Assembly (NCBI RefSeq): GCF_048593235.1
Contig: NC_133619.1
Coordinates: 583,413,963 to 583,477,962, forward strand
DNA length: 64,000 bases
Origin: Sminthopsis crassicaudata
Taxonomy: Eukaryota
Direction: 5' to 3'
Shown in pieces: positions 10,021-22,579 of this stretch. How positions within the stretch are numbered: the stretch's first letter is position 1; the number at the start of each line of letters is the position of its first letter. Made by a program: the position numbers and the translations under genes. Below the pieces are notes generated by a model. It was given only the letters and a program-made list of their open reading frames with translations, was not told where the DNA came from and searched no databases.

Positions 10021-13000
10021 TAGCCTGCCTTTTGAGAGAGGAGGAGCCTGAGAAGCAGTATAGAGAAATGTAGAGTAATAATTTGTACACAGCACCTTAA
10101 GTTTTATAAAACTCTTCCAATTCATTTTCTCATTTGAGCCTCAACAATAACTCTATGAACTAGGTGTTATTGTTTCTACTTTTCAAAACAGAACAGTTAC
10201 TAAATGGCTCTGACAGAATTTGAATGCAGACCTTTTTACTCAGATCAGGACTTAGTCCACAATACTACTCTCCATACAACAAAAAGGCAACCAACCTAGG
10301 AAAATGGATTGTTATCTCAACAAGAAATGCCAGATTTGGTGTCCACAGACCTTTGTTCAAATTTTGGCTTTACTATTAACTAGCTGTGTGATGATGGACA
10401 AATCAGGATCCCCTTGGCTTTGGTTTCCTTCTCTGTAAAATTAAGAGTTTTATTTACTTTTGTTTTGCCTATCTATTTTCCTATCTACTAATTTCCCCCC
10501 ATGGGAACAGAGAATATTACCAGAGATCAAAAAATTTGATTGCTTCAGTAGTCTATTTCTTGTCTTCACAATGAGTAGGGGAAGGGTGAGAGGGTGGGAC
10601 TGAAAATTTGGAACAGAAAATTTAAAAAATGACATTTAAAATAAAAAGAAATTTAAAAATTTCATTTCTCCCCTAGAACTGAGTGCAATGTTCAGGACAC
10701 AAGCAACAAATAATTGTTGAATGAATAAGTGAAAAAAATTTTTAAATGTGGAAATTAGAGAATAGAATTGTGAACCCAAGAAAAATCCACTTCTTGGAAC
10801 TAAGAATGGACTATGGCTTGGAATCAGAGAGGAAACAAAAGGACCATTTTTGTTTGCAGTGAAAGTGGCTCCCCCATCTTTCAAATCTACCTAACTTTTC
10901 CTTAAATTATTTTGTATTTATCATGTATTTTTTATTACCATTACATACTTATATCACTGATATCAAAATTAAATCGAAAAAGATCTACATAAGGAGTCTT
11001 GCAATAACATATTGACTTAGTGTTTAAAATGTATTAGTATGTATATTCTATTTTATTTATATTTTATTGTGTTTCCTAATTACTATTGAAGACCATAGCT
11101 TAAAAAGGCCAAAGTCTCCTATTTCATCCAGGGCCACCTCTAATACTCTTGAACTATATCTGGCCACTGGACTCAGATGGCTCTGGAGGGAAAAATGAGG
11201 CAAGTGAGCTTGCACAGTGCCCCTTCAGTGGAATCCAATTCACTTGCATGTCATGGCTTCAACTCCCTAAAGTCATGATCTTCTTGGAGACAATGATCAA
11301 ACAACAACCACAACAGTTTAATCTGGTTCAGGCCACATGTAGGAAAGTTGTAGGGTCACCATATGCCCCTCCCCAGGCTTTGTGATTGCCATTTCTGCCA
11401 TATAGATTTCCTCTTCCACAGAATGTGAATTCCTAGAAAAGAGATTGTTTCATTTTTGTCTTTTTATCCTCAGTGGGTGGCACGGGGCTTAGCTCAGAGA
11501 GCACATTTAATAAATAATTGTTTATTAACTGAAAATGATGGATCAGAGTCCAGGGTCTACTCAAAATTTCACATCCAGACAAGGAGTATGGAACAATAAA
11601 ATCTCTGATCTGTTGCTCCTTACTTGTCTCCTGCAAAAATTCCATCCTGTCTGTAAGACAAAAAACTTGTTGTTTCTCTAATTGAATGAAATGACATCCT
11701 GGCTTCTTCCTTATCTGTACCTTGCTCTCAGAATGTGGGCTGTTATCCTACTTGACTGAAGCCCCAACTTTTCAGAATATAAAGCTCTCCCAAATTTCTT
11801 TTAATTTCCAGACTCTTTCAGAGTTGTCTTTCTGTTTTGGCATTAAGTCTTTTGTGAATATAAGACAATCTCTTTGAATTTTTAAACTATGAACCCTGAG
11901 TAAAAAATGCATAGGTGAAAGCACCGAATATCTAGAAATATGGGTGCTGTAATCCCAATAGTCACTATGAAACAGGGATTCTAGCTGTCCTTTAATTCAT
12001 ATAATGCTTTGGTTTCTGAAGATCTGAGACTCTGTCCCTGTATTAGATAGATTCTTGTTTATCCTACATTGGAATTGTGTGCCAGGGAACTTAATCCTCA
12101 CCCTGATTGATATTTTTCAAAAGAATTCTCCTTCCCCAGGGGCACTTTGTCTATATTCTAATTTTGGGTTTACTTAGGTCTAAGGAAGCCCCACCTATGA
12201 ATTTGTATGGCAGATAGATTAATATGTAAACAGGGTCCTAAGGGGGAGGCTGTCCCCTGAATTTCAGCTCAATCTATGATAGTACAAGGGAAATTAACCT
12301 GACTTCTTATGAGAATAGATGATTTATAAAGAAAGAAAAGGGATTAGTTCTGACTTAGTGTTTCAGCTTTGTAGGATTTGTTTCTATCTTCAATCCCTAC
12401 CACAGTGGTAGAAATACAGTAAATGACCGATGAATCAACTTGAATTGGGGCTAGGAACAAGAGAGATCTGTGATTCTGAATTAAAATACTTCAGTTTGTC
12501 CCAGAAATAGAAAATGCTGTTTGGGAGGCAAGGGCTGCTACTGTCAAGGTTTTGCCCAACTTGACATTTATTTGATCACAGAAGCTGGATCCTTTTTGAA
12601 GTGTTTATGCTGTGGTCAGTTTGTTTTAGTTTGATTTTTGATGACCCTGGGAAGAGCTCTGGCCCGAGTCAGTTTTAGCGAGTGTTTCTCAGAACCACAT
12701 GCCCATCACAGGGCCTTAGGTACCCATGCTGATTATATAAATCTCAATTCCTTCTTTAACCTCACTCTACTTACCAGGAAATATTTACAAGTTTATAATG
12801 TGAAATATATTCCACATTTACTTATAAAAGTAGCATACAATTAGTCACATTTTTGTTGTTCACTTGTGTCTGCCTCTTCATGATTTCATTTGTGATTTTC
12901 TTGGCAGATACGAGCATGGTTTGCAATTTCCTTCTCTAGCTCATTTTACAGATGAGGAAACTGAATTAAACAGGAAAAAAGTGACTAATCATAGCTAGTA

Positions 13001-14583
13001 ATTGTCTGAGCTTAGATTTGAACTTAGGTATTCCTGATTTTAGACCTGTGCTCTATCTACTATGTCACTTAGCTATCCTAATCATAACTACAAACTATTT
13101 CTACTAATCTTCCCCACTTTAACCTAAGTCACACAGTTCCACAATCTGTTCCTTTTCCCACTGGCTCCTCACCTTAACATGAGTCAAATCATAAATTTTG
13201 AACTATAAGGGACTTTCCAGGCCCTCAAATTGAATCCCCTCATTTTGCAAGTGAAGTAACAGACACTGAGAGGTTAATTTGCTCAAAGTCACACAGCTAG
13301 TAAATGTTTCATGCCAGATTTGAATGAAAACATTGCTGATTTCAGGGCCAACACCTCTCCACTGGACTACTCCAATGAGCCTTCTACCGTCTAAGAATTC
13401 CTGGTTTACTCCATAGCGTAGGCTCTGTGCTTTTACAAGTACAATAATTGTTCTTAGTTGTCATCAAAACTCAAGGAATAATATATTCCTGGCATTCACT
13501 GATTCATTTCTGTGGCACTATGATTTGGGAAATCTGAGCTCAGGAACTATTCTGACCACCAAGTTAGAAGTGAACTGGCATAGCAGAAAAGGCAAGTTTC
13601 TTTAATAACCAGGAGAGTTTAGGGGGTGGGTGGTATGCCAGGGAGAAAGATTTAAGCAAATGAGAGGGGAGAAGAAGAGAAGTCCTCTGGGAAAATTTAT
13701 TAATGTTATGGAGAAATAAAGAGGGAAGAAAACTGGGTCAAAAATGTACTGTACTGAAGAAACCCAAAAGGGATCCAAGTCAGAGGGTCTCTGAGTAAAA
13801 CTTCTCTAAGTTGAAATAGCTAGTATCTGTATCTATGATACTAACCTGGATGGAGTCTATCCTCATATATTTCTCACAAATCTGTTCCTTTAAGTCTCTA
13901 TTTCTGAAAAACTTTGACTAATATTATCATCAAAGACCTACACAGTTCAAATGTCATCTTTTACATGAAGCTTCTAGAAAGGCTTAGCCCAGGAATAATG
14001 ATCTTCTGTGCTTTGATCTTACATAGCATTTTGTGTCAACTTTACCATCCTACTCCCAGCTTCAACTTCACAAGTAATCTTTAGTAAGGTGAATAGGCAT
14101 CTTTGCATTAACAGCTAGAATAATAGTTAATAGTAACAATTTAACATCTAGTTCAGAATTGAATTAAACTTAGTTGAATTAAAACATTAGTACAATAAAC
14201 TTATTTTATATTCCATCCCTTATAAACTAACATACAAAGACACCTAGATCAGAGATGTAGGAGAAATAAATCAAATTCAATATTTCTAGATATATCTTAA
14301 TGGGAGTAGAAACTGTTATTATTATTGATATTTCCAAGTATGAAACAGGTCCATCTGTCCACAATGAACACATTATATTTTGTTTTATAGTTACCTGTAT
14401 TAATGTCTTACACATCTACTAAATGCTGAGCTCTACGAGAGTAGAAATTGTTTATTTAAAATGTGTTTTTCCTCAAGATAGAGAACAAAATACAGCTTCC
14501 AGCAGACATTTAATAAAAATTTGTCAAAATTAATTGAATATAAAAGAAATCATGCCCCACTCCCAGGAAGACTTCCATTAACC

Positions 14584-15537
14584 TCAGTGCCTAGAACTCC
14601 ATTTTAGTTGTACCATGAGTTTAATAATCGCCCGGCGTATCTCCTTGGTCTTGATGCTATAGATGATAGGGTTGAGCATAGGAGGCACAAATAGGTAGAT
14701 GTTAGCCATGAGGAGGTGAACAACAGGTGAGGCATGTTTTCCAAAACGGTGTACTAAAGACAGCCCCACCATGGGAACAAAGAAGATCAACACAGCACTG
14801 AGATGTGAGGTGCATGTCTGAAATGCCCGTAGTTGCTCTTCTCGGGAAGCCAGACCCATCACAGTGTGCAGAATGAGTGCATAAGACAAAGCTATGAAAA
14901 CCAAGTCAAGAACCACAGTGAATACCACCAATGTCAGCCCATACAGATTGTTGAAGGTAGTGTCTGCACAGGCCAGACGGATCACATCTTGGTGTAGACA
15001 AAAAGAGTGAGAGAGGATTCTCCGCCCACAGTATGGAAATGTTTGCAGGAGGAGGACAATGGGGAGTAGAGCCACAGGACCCCTGAGAATAATGGCAAGT
15101 CCAGCCCGAGTCACTCTCTGACCTGTGACAATGACTGAATAGCGCAAGGGACGACAGATGGCCACAAAACGGTCAAATGACATGACAAGGAGCACAGCAG
15201 ACTCCATGAAGGAGAAGGAATGGATACAAAACATCTGGAACTGGCAGGTACCAAAATAGATGTCCTGGGAACCAAACCAGAAGGTGACTAGTGTGGTAGG
15301 CAGTGTGGATACTGAGAGGCCTAGGTCATTTAGGGCCAGCAGAGAGAGGAGGTAGTACATGGGTGTATGAAGTTGAGTGTTTGTCTTAATGATGAATAGG
15401 ATGAAGCAGTTGCCCAAGATGGCCAGCAGATACATAAGGCAGAAAGGGATAAGGATCCAATGTTGAATGGCCTCCAAACCAGGGAAACCAATGAGATAGA
15501 AAGTAGGGCGGAAATGGGTAACATTGATTGGGGACAT
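14584..15537 (-). CDS. OR51M1: Class I olfactory receptor 51M1, intact, 317 aa
   Basis: [51 protein letters not shown] and [10 protein letters not shown] match recalled human OR51M1. True ATG at 15537; splice acceptors at 15583 and 15571; AATAAA at 14456-14451. Confidence 0.95.
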   Translation of the reverse strand: MSPINVTHFRPTFYLIGFPGLEAIQHWILIPFCLMYLLAILGNCFILFIIKTNTQLHTPMYYLLSLLALNDLGLSVSTLPTTLVTFWFGSQDIYFGTCQFQMFCIHSFSFMESAVLLVMSFDRFVAICRPLRYSVIVTGQRVTRAGLAIILRGPVALLPIVLLLQTFPYCGRRILSHSFCLHQDVIRLACADTTFNNLYGLTLVVFTVVLDLVFIALSYALILHTVMGLASREEQLRAFQTCTSHLSAVLIFFVPMVGLSLVHRFGKHASPVVHLLMANIYLFVPPMLNPIIYSIKTKEIRRAIIKLMVQLKWSSRH

Positions 15538-17089
15538 AGAATGAGGAATGAAGGAAATTGGGCTTCTTTTCTGGAAAGCAAGCTGAAAAGAAAAACAAAT
15601 TTCTCATTTATTAGCAAGAGGCATATCAGAAACAGAACTCATTTTTTGTCTTCATTAACATTTAGATTACTATCCTCCTTAACATACATTTCACCACAGT
15701 CATTACCATCTGCAAGGAAAATGCCATCTGACCACTTATTTCCTTCATCTCCATCCCTTCTTGTAATATTCAGGCTAGCTTTCTGGAGGTCCTTCAGAGG
15801 GACCTTGGTCTCAGCAGGATAGACACCATGAGAATGGTCAGGAATAAAGTCTAGAATCTTTATTCTGGCCCAGTCTTGATCTTAGTGGAGAAGAACAGGA
15901 GGCAAGAGAACCACCAGGAAGCTGGTCAAAAATAGAATGTCCCATTTCCATTCTTTTTCAGCCCTTAAATACCCTATTACAATTGCATCATTACAGCCCA
16001 CTAATTATGTGTGAACTAGAGGACCATTACATCACCATGCTAAGTACTAAATGTATGTATACTAGAGAACCATCATCTCATCAGTTCCACTGAGTTAACA
16101 CCTTGTAAGTATCCTTGTTTCCAGTATATTTCTCCAGAGTTCTGGCCCTCTACACCTTCTTTCTCTATGATTTGTGACTTGTTTGAGTGTTACAAGATTC
16201 ATCACTAATTCACTGGATACTAATAACAGTAAATAAAATATTGTTGCTATATATATGGGAATGAATTTGAACTATGTTATTTTTTGTAGACAGAGTTTCA
16301 AAGTCTAACTTAAAACTTCATAAATAGATTCAATTTCATCTTGAATTTGTACAAAAAAAAAAAAGTAAAATCATTTGGATGATAGTTAGGTGACAGGGAA
16401 TTGGGGATGAGAAATGCGATCAGGAAGAAAAGAACACATTTTCCCATCTTACTCTTTCTTCCCCTCCCCCCCAAATCATCTTTGATCAATCTAAAAAGGC
16501 TGAATCTCCCCGTCTCACAGTGTACAATTCATTTTGGGCTTAGGAAATTCTGCTAAGATCTTATACTCTAATGTTTGGTCTTTTTTATGTTGACACAAAA
16601 ATTATAGTGTGTCTCAGTGCTTTTTAAACATTACCACTCACAATCCCTTTTCGCCCCATAAATTTTTACTTGACTCCATATATGTAGGCATATAAAACAT
16701 ATATGCAAATCAAATATTCACTGATAATAAATCATAATTTTGTGACTTTCACATTGTTATAGCATGCCATATGGGGTTATGAATCATACTTTAAGAAGCT
16801 GGAGACTATTTACTAATAACTGTATGTACCTATTTATTGTATATATTGTGTCCCCCAATTAGAATGTTGCCTCCTTAAGGGCAGAAAAAGTTCTTGCTTC
16901 TTTTATTCCGAGCACTGAATATAGTGCTTGGCACATACAATGTGCTTATTAAATATTCCTTGATTGAGGAGTTAATTATGCTGATAGAGTGCTTTGAGAT
17001 TTGTCTTTGTTTACACTGCTTCTTCAAACTTTTTTTTATTCTTTTTAAAAATTCTCACAGATTAGCCTTCTTCTACCTTCTCAATTAAA

Positions 17090-18120
17090 GAGTTTGCCTG
17101 ATATTTTACTGAACAAAATTATACACTTCCCTCATAATCCCCTTTTCTACCATGAACCTCATTTTACATCATTCAGATGCTTTTGCAACAATGTCCTCAT
17201 ACATTCTACTATCACAGGAGGAGCCTGCATTTCTCCTTGCTAAGACACAAGAATCTGCATGTAATCCCTTGCCAAACCAACTTCTCCAGCAGCTTGCTCC
17301 CTCTATTATCCCCCTCTTCACTTACTTGTCTTCAACATCTCTGAATGGGATTGATTGGATGAAGCTTTTTCAGTTTGAGACTAGGCCTTCCTCACATGAT
17401 CCCTATTCCAGAGCTGGGAAACTAGGCCTTGGAGTCAGGGTCCAAGAAGGACCCTGGAAAGTCACATGATCTCTAAAAGCTCAGACCCTAAGTTACAGGA
17501 AGTAACTTAACCTGTGAGAAGCAGACAACATTAGTGATCATTGATCAAAGATGATTGTGTACTTTTAGTCTATCTAATGAAAAGACTTGAGTCTTTTCCT
17601 ATTTAACTAGGTGTTCTACTTCTGGTTGATCAGGTTCCAGGAGTACATGATGGGAGTTGGGATGGCTCCCAGGTATGTGTCTAGGCCTCTCCCTTCCGGG
17701 ACTAAATAAATGCTTTCTCTTTGTACCTGAAGATGTCTCTGATTAGTTAATTTGGGAAAGGGGTTTAGCATCCATCCAACCCATCTCTCTATGAACTACT
17801 TCCCTACTTCTCACAAACATGCTCTTGTCTCTCTGCCTTCCTTTCAAACAAACCTCATTTGATTTTTTTAATCCCATTAACTATTGTCCCATTTCTCCCT
17901 TTCCTTTTGTGGTTAAACTCCTTGAGAAGACCATCTATAATGCCTTCACTTCCTTTCATTCTTTTTAATTCTCTACAATCTGGTTTTCAACTCTTAACAA
18001 TTAGCTCAAACTTTTCTCTCCAAAGTTACTAATGAGCTCTTAATTGCCAAATTCAATGTCCTTTTCCCAATCCCCATCTTTCTATATCCTCTGTAGTCTT
18101 TGAAACTCATATAATCATTT
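17090..18120 (+). mobile_element. L2 ORF2 relic interrupted by an LTR
   Basis: ctccaaagttactaatgagctcttaattgccaaattc reads SKVTNELLIAK; the L2 sequence resumes after 17783. Confidence 0.8.
17342..17783 (+). mobile_element. Solo LTR family C
   Basis: TG...CA ends with a 4-bp TSD TCTC (17338-17341, 17784-17787); TATTTAA and AATAAA; homologous to 21362-21960. Confidence 0.85.
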
Positions 18121-19159
18121 CTCCATCCAAATATAGAATTCTTTAAATTATTTTGTTGTTTTTTATTATTTAGTGTCTCTGCCTAAACAAGGAAATATGG
18201 AGGGAAAGAGAGTGGGAGCCATGGGAATTCCATATATTCCATGTAGGCAAGAAAAGGTGAGTGTGTAACAGAAAGGGAAAAAAAAAAAGAAGAGAATGCA
18301 GAGAGAGACATATGAGAACAAACAGGAGACTATGGATTTGCTAGCCTAAATAGGGAAATGACTGGAGGGAACCCAGGTGTTCTGGCTCCTAGCCTGTGCC
18401 TTTTTAACCTTCTGAAAAGTGATCAAGCAATAACAGAACCCAAAGCAGTAGACAATAGGCTACTAGGAGATGAATAGGTGGCATGATATAGTGGGAAGAC
18501 TGTAGAATCAGAGAACCTAGGTTACAAATCTCCTCTCTAACATGTACTTTATGTAGGACTTTGGGCAAGTTATTGAAATCTTTCTATCCTCGTTTTCCAT
18601 ATTTATAAAATGAAGGAGTTAGTCTAGATGGCTTATGAGGTTTTTTTTAGCATTATGATCCTATGGAAGCCCAGGACGTTCTCTTGAATGTTCCAAGATG
18701 TCTGGGGTCCCATAAGATTTCTTAGGCTACAGTGTGGTAATTATGCTCCAACTCTCTACTTCTTCTTGTTTCTACCTCTATTTCTGTCATATATTCAAAA
18801 ATGTCAGAACCTAAGTAGTCCTTAGAGGTTAGAATGTCTTATGTTCTTATTTTGCAAAAAAAAAAAAAAGAAAGAAAGAAAAGAAGGAAAGAAGGAAAAA
18901 AGAGAAAGAGAGAGAAAGAAAGAGAAAAAGGAAAAAAATTGGAAAGACAAAGAAAGACAAGTCAGTCTCTGCCTTTGAGAGCTTTACAATCAGAGTTAAG
19001 AAGAGATAGAGCAGGAGATCAAATTCAAGTCCTTTGCTTTCCAATTCAGTGTATTTTCCACTCTTCCTGAAAGTCATATATCCATCCCTTCCCCAGCTTC
19101 TGTCCCTCCCCATCCTTACAGCATGACATGGATAATCAGAACAGATCTGAATTATGAAA

Positions 19160-19370
19160 CACTCACAGGCTGCTCTCCAACTGACCAAGTTTGTGTCCTA
19201 CTGGCTCTTAGTGCAAGATGAAATCAGCAGTCAGACAACAGAAAGTAGAGGTATTGAGAGGGCATGTTCCATTGCCTGTTCTGGGTATATTTATCCTCCT
19301 CCTTTTTCTAACTCCAGGGAAAACTCAGGCCTCAGGTGCTGGAAGCTGAGTACAGAGTCCCAGAGATAAC
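19160..19370 (-). promoter_or_regulatory. Candidate proximal promoter and first exon of OR51M1
   Basis: O/E-like TCCCAGAGA (19358-19366) and TCCAGGGA (19313-19320), TAAATATA at 19293-19286, donor CCT|GTGAGT at 19166; 3.6 kb upstream of the CDS. Confidence 0.45.
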
Positions 19371-19929
19371 ACCAACATCACCCTTGCCTACTCCTCCCAT
19401 TTCATTTTTTCCCTCTCACTTCCCTCCCCCTTTCTTCCCCCCCCCCCTTCTTAATCCTACTTTCCCCCTCTACTCTGATTTTTAATCTGTTTTACTCTTC
19501 CTTTTTCATCCCCACCCACAGGTTAGTTTATAGATTCAGAGTTCGATCCCTGATTTTCTATAGTGTATCCATCAATGTCTCTCTTATAACCTTGCCCGCT
19601 GAGGACTACCAATATCAGCTTCTCTTATTCCTGGTCTGATTTAATTTTCTCTCCTTGATTCTAGTCTCCTTTCTACTACACCATGGGAACCTATGTCTAG
19701 GGATTTTCCTTTCTTCTATGCTTGGGGCCCAGAACTACACTGCCCTATCCTTACACCCTTGCAAAAGACCAGGAGCAATATTAGTCTCACACCCACCTTC
19801 AACTTCTAAATTTTTTTCTTTAATAAACTAATGTTTAGGAACCCATCAATAACCAAACTACCATGAGCAACATTGTTAGCCTTAATTATCAGGGAAGACA
19901 TCCTAACAATTAAAACTCATTTGTTGATA

Positions 19930-20330
19930 TTTATTTATTTATTTCTAATACAAGCCAGTGCTAAGGCATAGTGCTAAGTGAAAGAAAGACAAAAACACAC
20001 AAAAAATAGTCTCTGCCCTCAAGGAGCTTATAATCCAATGAGGAAATAACATGTAAATAGTCACAAAACAAGTTATATTCAAGACAAATAAGAAATACTT
20101 AACAGAAGAAAGATTTGAATTAAGAGGGCATGGAGAAGGCTTTCTGTAGGAGATGGGATTTTAATTGGGACTTAAAAAGCAATTAAGGAGGTCTGTAGAC
20201 AGAGCAGAGAAGGGACAGGATTCTGAGCATGAGAGAAAGTCAAAGAAAATCCCCAGAGCCAATAAATGAAGTGTATATTTTGTGGAACAGTCAAAAAATC
20301 AGTGTTCTGGATAGAAGAGTTATATGTCAG
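19930..20330 (-). mobile_element. L2 3' region
   Basis: gtgctaaggcatagtgctaag...gccctcaaggagcttataatc, a typical reverse-complemented L2 3' end. Confidence 0.7.
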
Positions 20331-20520
20331 GGAATAATAACCTGAGGCAGGCAGATCCACCAGCAGGTTATTACAATTGCCTACACATAAGGCAATGAGG
20401 GCCTGTGAACAGTGGTAGTATCAGAGGATAGGAGCTGGTGGTATATAGGTTTAGAAGGAGACGCCAAGAGGTTGGGGGTCACAGTTTGGTATCTTGAGAT
20501 GCCTCAAAAGAATTTGCAGA

Positions 20521-21114
20521 AAATGTTTGTGGCAGCCTGGTTTGTAGTGGCCAGAAACTGGAAACTGAGTGGATGCCCATCAATTGGAGAATGGCTGAAT
20601 AAATTGTGGCATATGAATGTTATGGAATATTATTGTTCTGTAAGAAACGACCAGCAGGATGAATACAGAGAAGCTTGGAGAGACTTACATGAACTGATAC
20701 TGAGTGAAATGAGCAGAACCAGGAGATCATTATACAACAGCCACAAGATTAGGATGATCAATTCTGATGGACATGGCTCTCTTCAACAATGAGATGATTC
20801 AAACCAGTTCCAATTGTTCAGTAATGAAGAGAATAAGCTACACCAAGAGAGAGACCACCAACATAGCATTTCCACTCTTTCTGTTATTGTTTGCTTGCAT
20901 TTTTTCCTTCTCAGATTTTTTTTCTTTCTAGATCTGTTTTTTCTTGTGCAAGATAACTATATAAATATGCATACATACATTAGATTTAACATATATACAT
21001 TAACATATTTAACATGTATTAGACTACCTGCCATCTAAGGGAGGGAGTGAGGGGAAGGAGGGGAAAGTTGGAACAGAAGGTTTTACAAGGTTCAATGTTG
21101 AAAAATTGCCCGTG
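20521..21114 (+). mobile_element. L1 ORF2 C-terminus plus 3' UTR, cut by gap
   Basis: ORF track reads MFVAAWFVVARNWKLSGCPSIGEWLNKLW...ELILSEMSRTRR. Confidence 0.92.
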
Positions 21115-21361
21115 NNNNNNNNNNNNNNNNNNNNNNNNNNNNNNNNNNNNNNNNNNNNNNNNNNNNNNNNNNNNNNNNNNNNNNNNNNNNNNNNNNNNNN
21201 NNNNNNNNNNNNNNNNNNNNNNNNNNNNNNNNNNNNNNNNNNNNNNNNNNNNNNNNNNNNNNNNNNNNNNNNNNNNNNNNNNNNNNNNNNNNNNNNNNNN
21301 NNNNNNNNNNNNNNNNNNNNNNNNNNNNNNNNNNNNNNNNNNNNNNNNNNNNNNNNNNNNN
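21115..21361. other. Assembly gap (247 N)
   Basis: Run of N. Confidence 1.
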
Positions 21362-21960
21362 TCTCCAAGTCTAGGGGCAAAGTTTATTGTAATTGTAATG
21401 TCAATTGAAGCAGGCTAAGTTTCAAAATGATTTAGCAAAGAGCCAGGAGAAAGAAGATAAATTTATAGAACAAATTTAGAGAGACCAGAACTTCAGATTT
21501 CTTATGAGTGAGACCAGGGGAAATGTTCTCAAAAAGTCTATGAAATGGAATAGGTCAGACTAGGCCTAAGTCACATGATCCCTAATCCTAGGGGTCTGCC
21601 AAACCAGAAGATTAGGCCTTGGGCTCAGGCTGAAGGAAGTCACATGATCTCTAGGCCTAGAAGTCTCTAAAAGTTAGACCCTAGGGCAGCTTTAGGAAGT
21701 GATGTGACCCAAGGGAATCAGACAACTTTGGTGATCATTGGCTAATAAGAGTTACTTCCTCTTTAGTCCATCCAATGAAAAGACTTGGGTCTTTTGCTAT
21801 TTAACTTTCTGCTTGTCAGGTCAGGTTCATGCTGAGCTGAGATGCTTCCCAGGTGTGCTTGGGCCTCTTCCTGCTGGGACTAAATAAATGCTTTCTCTTT
21901 TTACCTGAAGATGTCTCTGGTTAATTAATTTGGGGAAGGGTGTCTAGCACCCATCCCACA
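21362..21960 (+). mobile_element. LTR family C; 5' end lies in the gap
   Basis: CCAAT, TATTTAA and AATAAA; ends CCCACA at 21960 with no PBS following; shares gtcacatgatctct and ggactaaataaatgctttctc with 17342-17783. Confidence 0.85.
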
Positions 21961-22199
21961 TACTTGTGTGCTAGTTTTATAGTTTACAGGTAGGTGTAAG
22001 GGGTGGTCTATTCACTATTGACTCAGTGACTTGGTTATCACTGACCAACAGATTGTCTGACAGTCTGTAATGTTCGTAGGACTATCCTAAGGCCAGAAAA
22101 CTTAGAATTGACAGATTGTTAGACCAACAGCACTCTAAGGTAGGAGGAAGTCAGTATCACTGCTATATTTTTCCTAGATGCTGTACCCCATCAGTGATA

Positions 22200-22380
22200 T
22201 ATTCAAGAGAGATTTCAGAGGTGAAATTGAATGAGCTTAGCAATAGATTGAATATGGGGATGAGAGACAGTGAAGAGTTCAGGATTGCTCTTGGATTGTA
22301 AGCCTGAGAAATTGGGAAGATGATATTGCCTTCCATTGTAATAGGAGAAAGGGGAGAGGGTTTAGGGGGGGAAAATAAAT
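22200..22380 (-). mobile_element. L2 fragment
   Basis: gagcttagcaatagattgaatatgggg...gcctgagaaattgggaagatg. Confidence 0.7.
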
Positions 22381-22565
22381 TCTTTTATAAGGAGAATTTA
22401 GCCTCAAGGTTTTATCTTGGATTTCTGATTGGATTACCTTTAGAACAGGGGACCAAAGAACTAAAATGACCCTCTATTTTCAGAACGTTCTTATTGCTTG
22501 CCAATGAGATTAATTTTTATTAATATCTTTGCTAACCACACCTAACATTGAAAAAAGCCTCATCA
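22381..22565 (-). mobile_element. Truncated LTR (U3 only), family B-related
   Basis: Starts TGATGAGG right after a PPT; CCAAT at 22432-22428; TATAAAA at 22389-22383. The start and TATA context match LTRs at 41961 and 49208. It stops just after the TATA box. Confidence 0.7.
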
Positions 22566-22579
22566 TTTCCCCCTCTTTT
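22566..22579 (-). other. Retroviral polypurine tract
   Basis: AAAAGAGGGGGAAA immediately before TGATG. Confidence 0.75.

Noticed and set aside
11650-12300. Possible LTR (TGTAAG start, TATAAA)
   Set aside because: No matching CA end with TSD and no clear poly(A) signal could be found.
13608-13693. Three O/E-like motifs as a possible class I OR enhancer
   Set aside because: Each is only a partial match, with no adjacent TAATGA/TAATTG composite; purine-rich context makes chance likely.
15500-15560. Alternative-frame peptide LCPQSML resembling human OR51M1 LSPQFML
   Set aside because: The main frame [14 protein letters not shown] already aligns without gaps to recalled human MLLSNITQFSPIFY, so the resemblance is coincidental.
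21024-21418. ORFs spanning N runs (also 31223-31501)
   Set aside because: Artefacts of assembly gaps.
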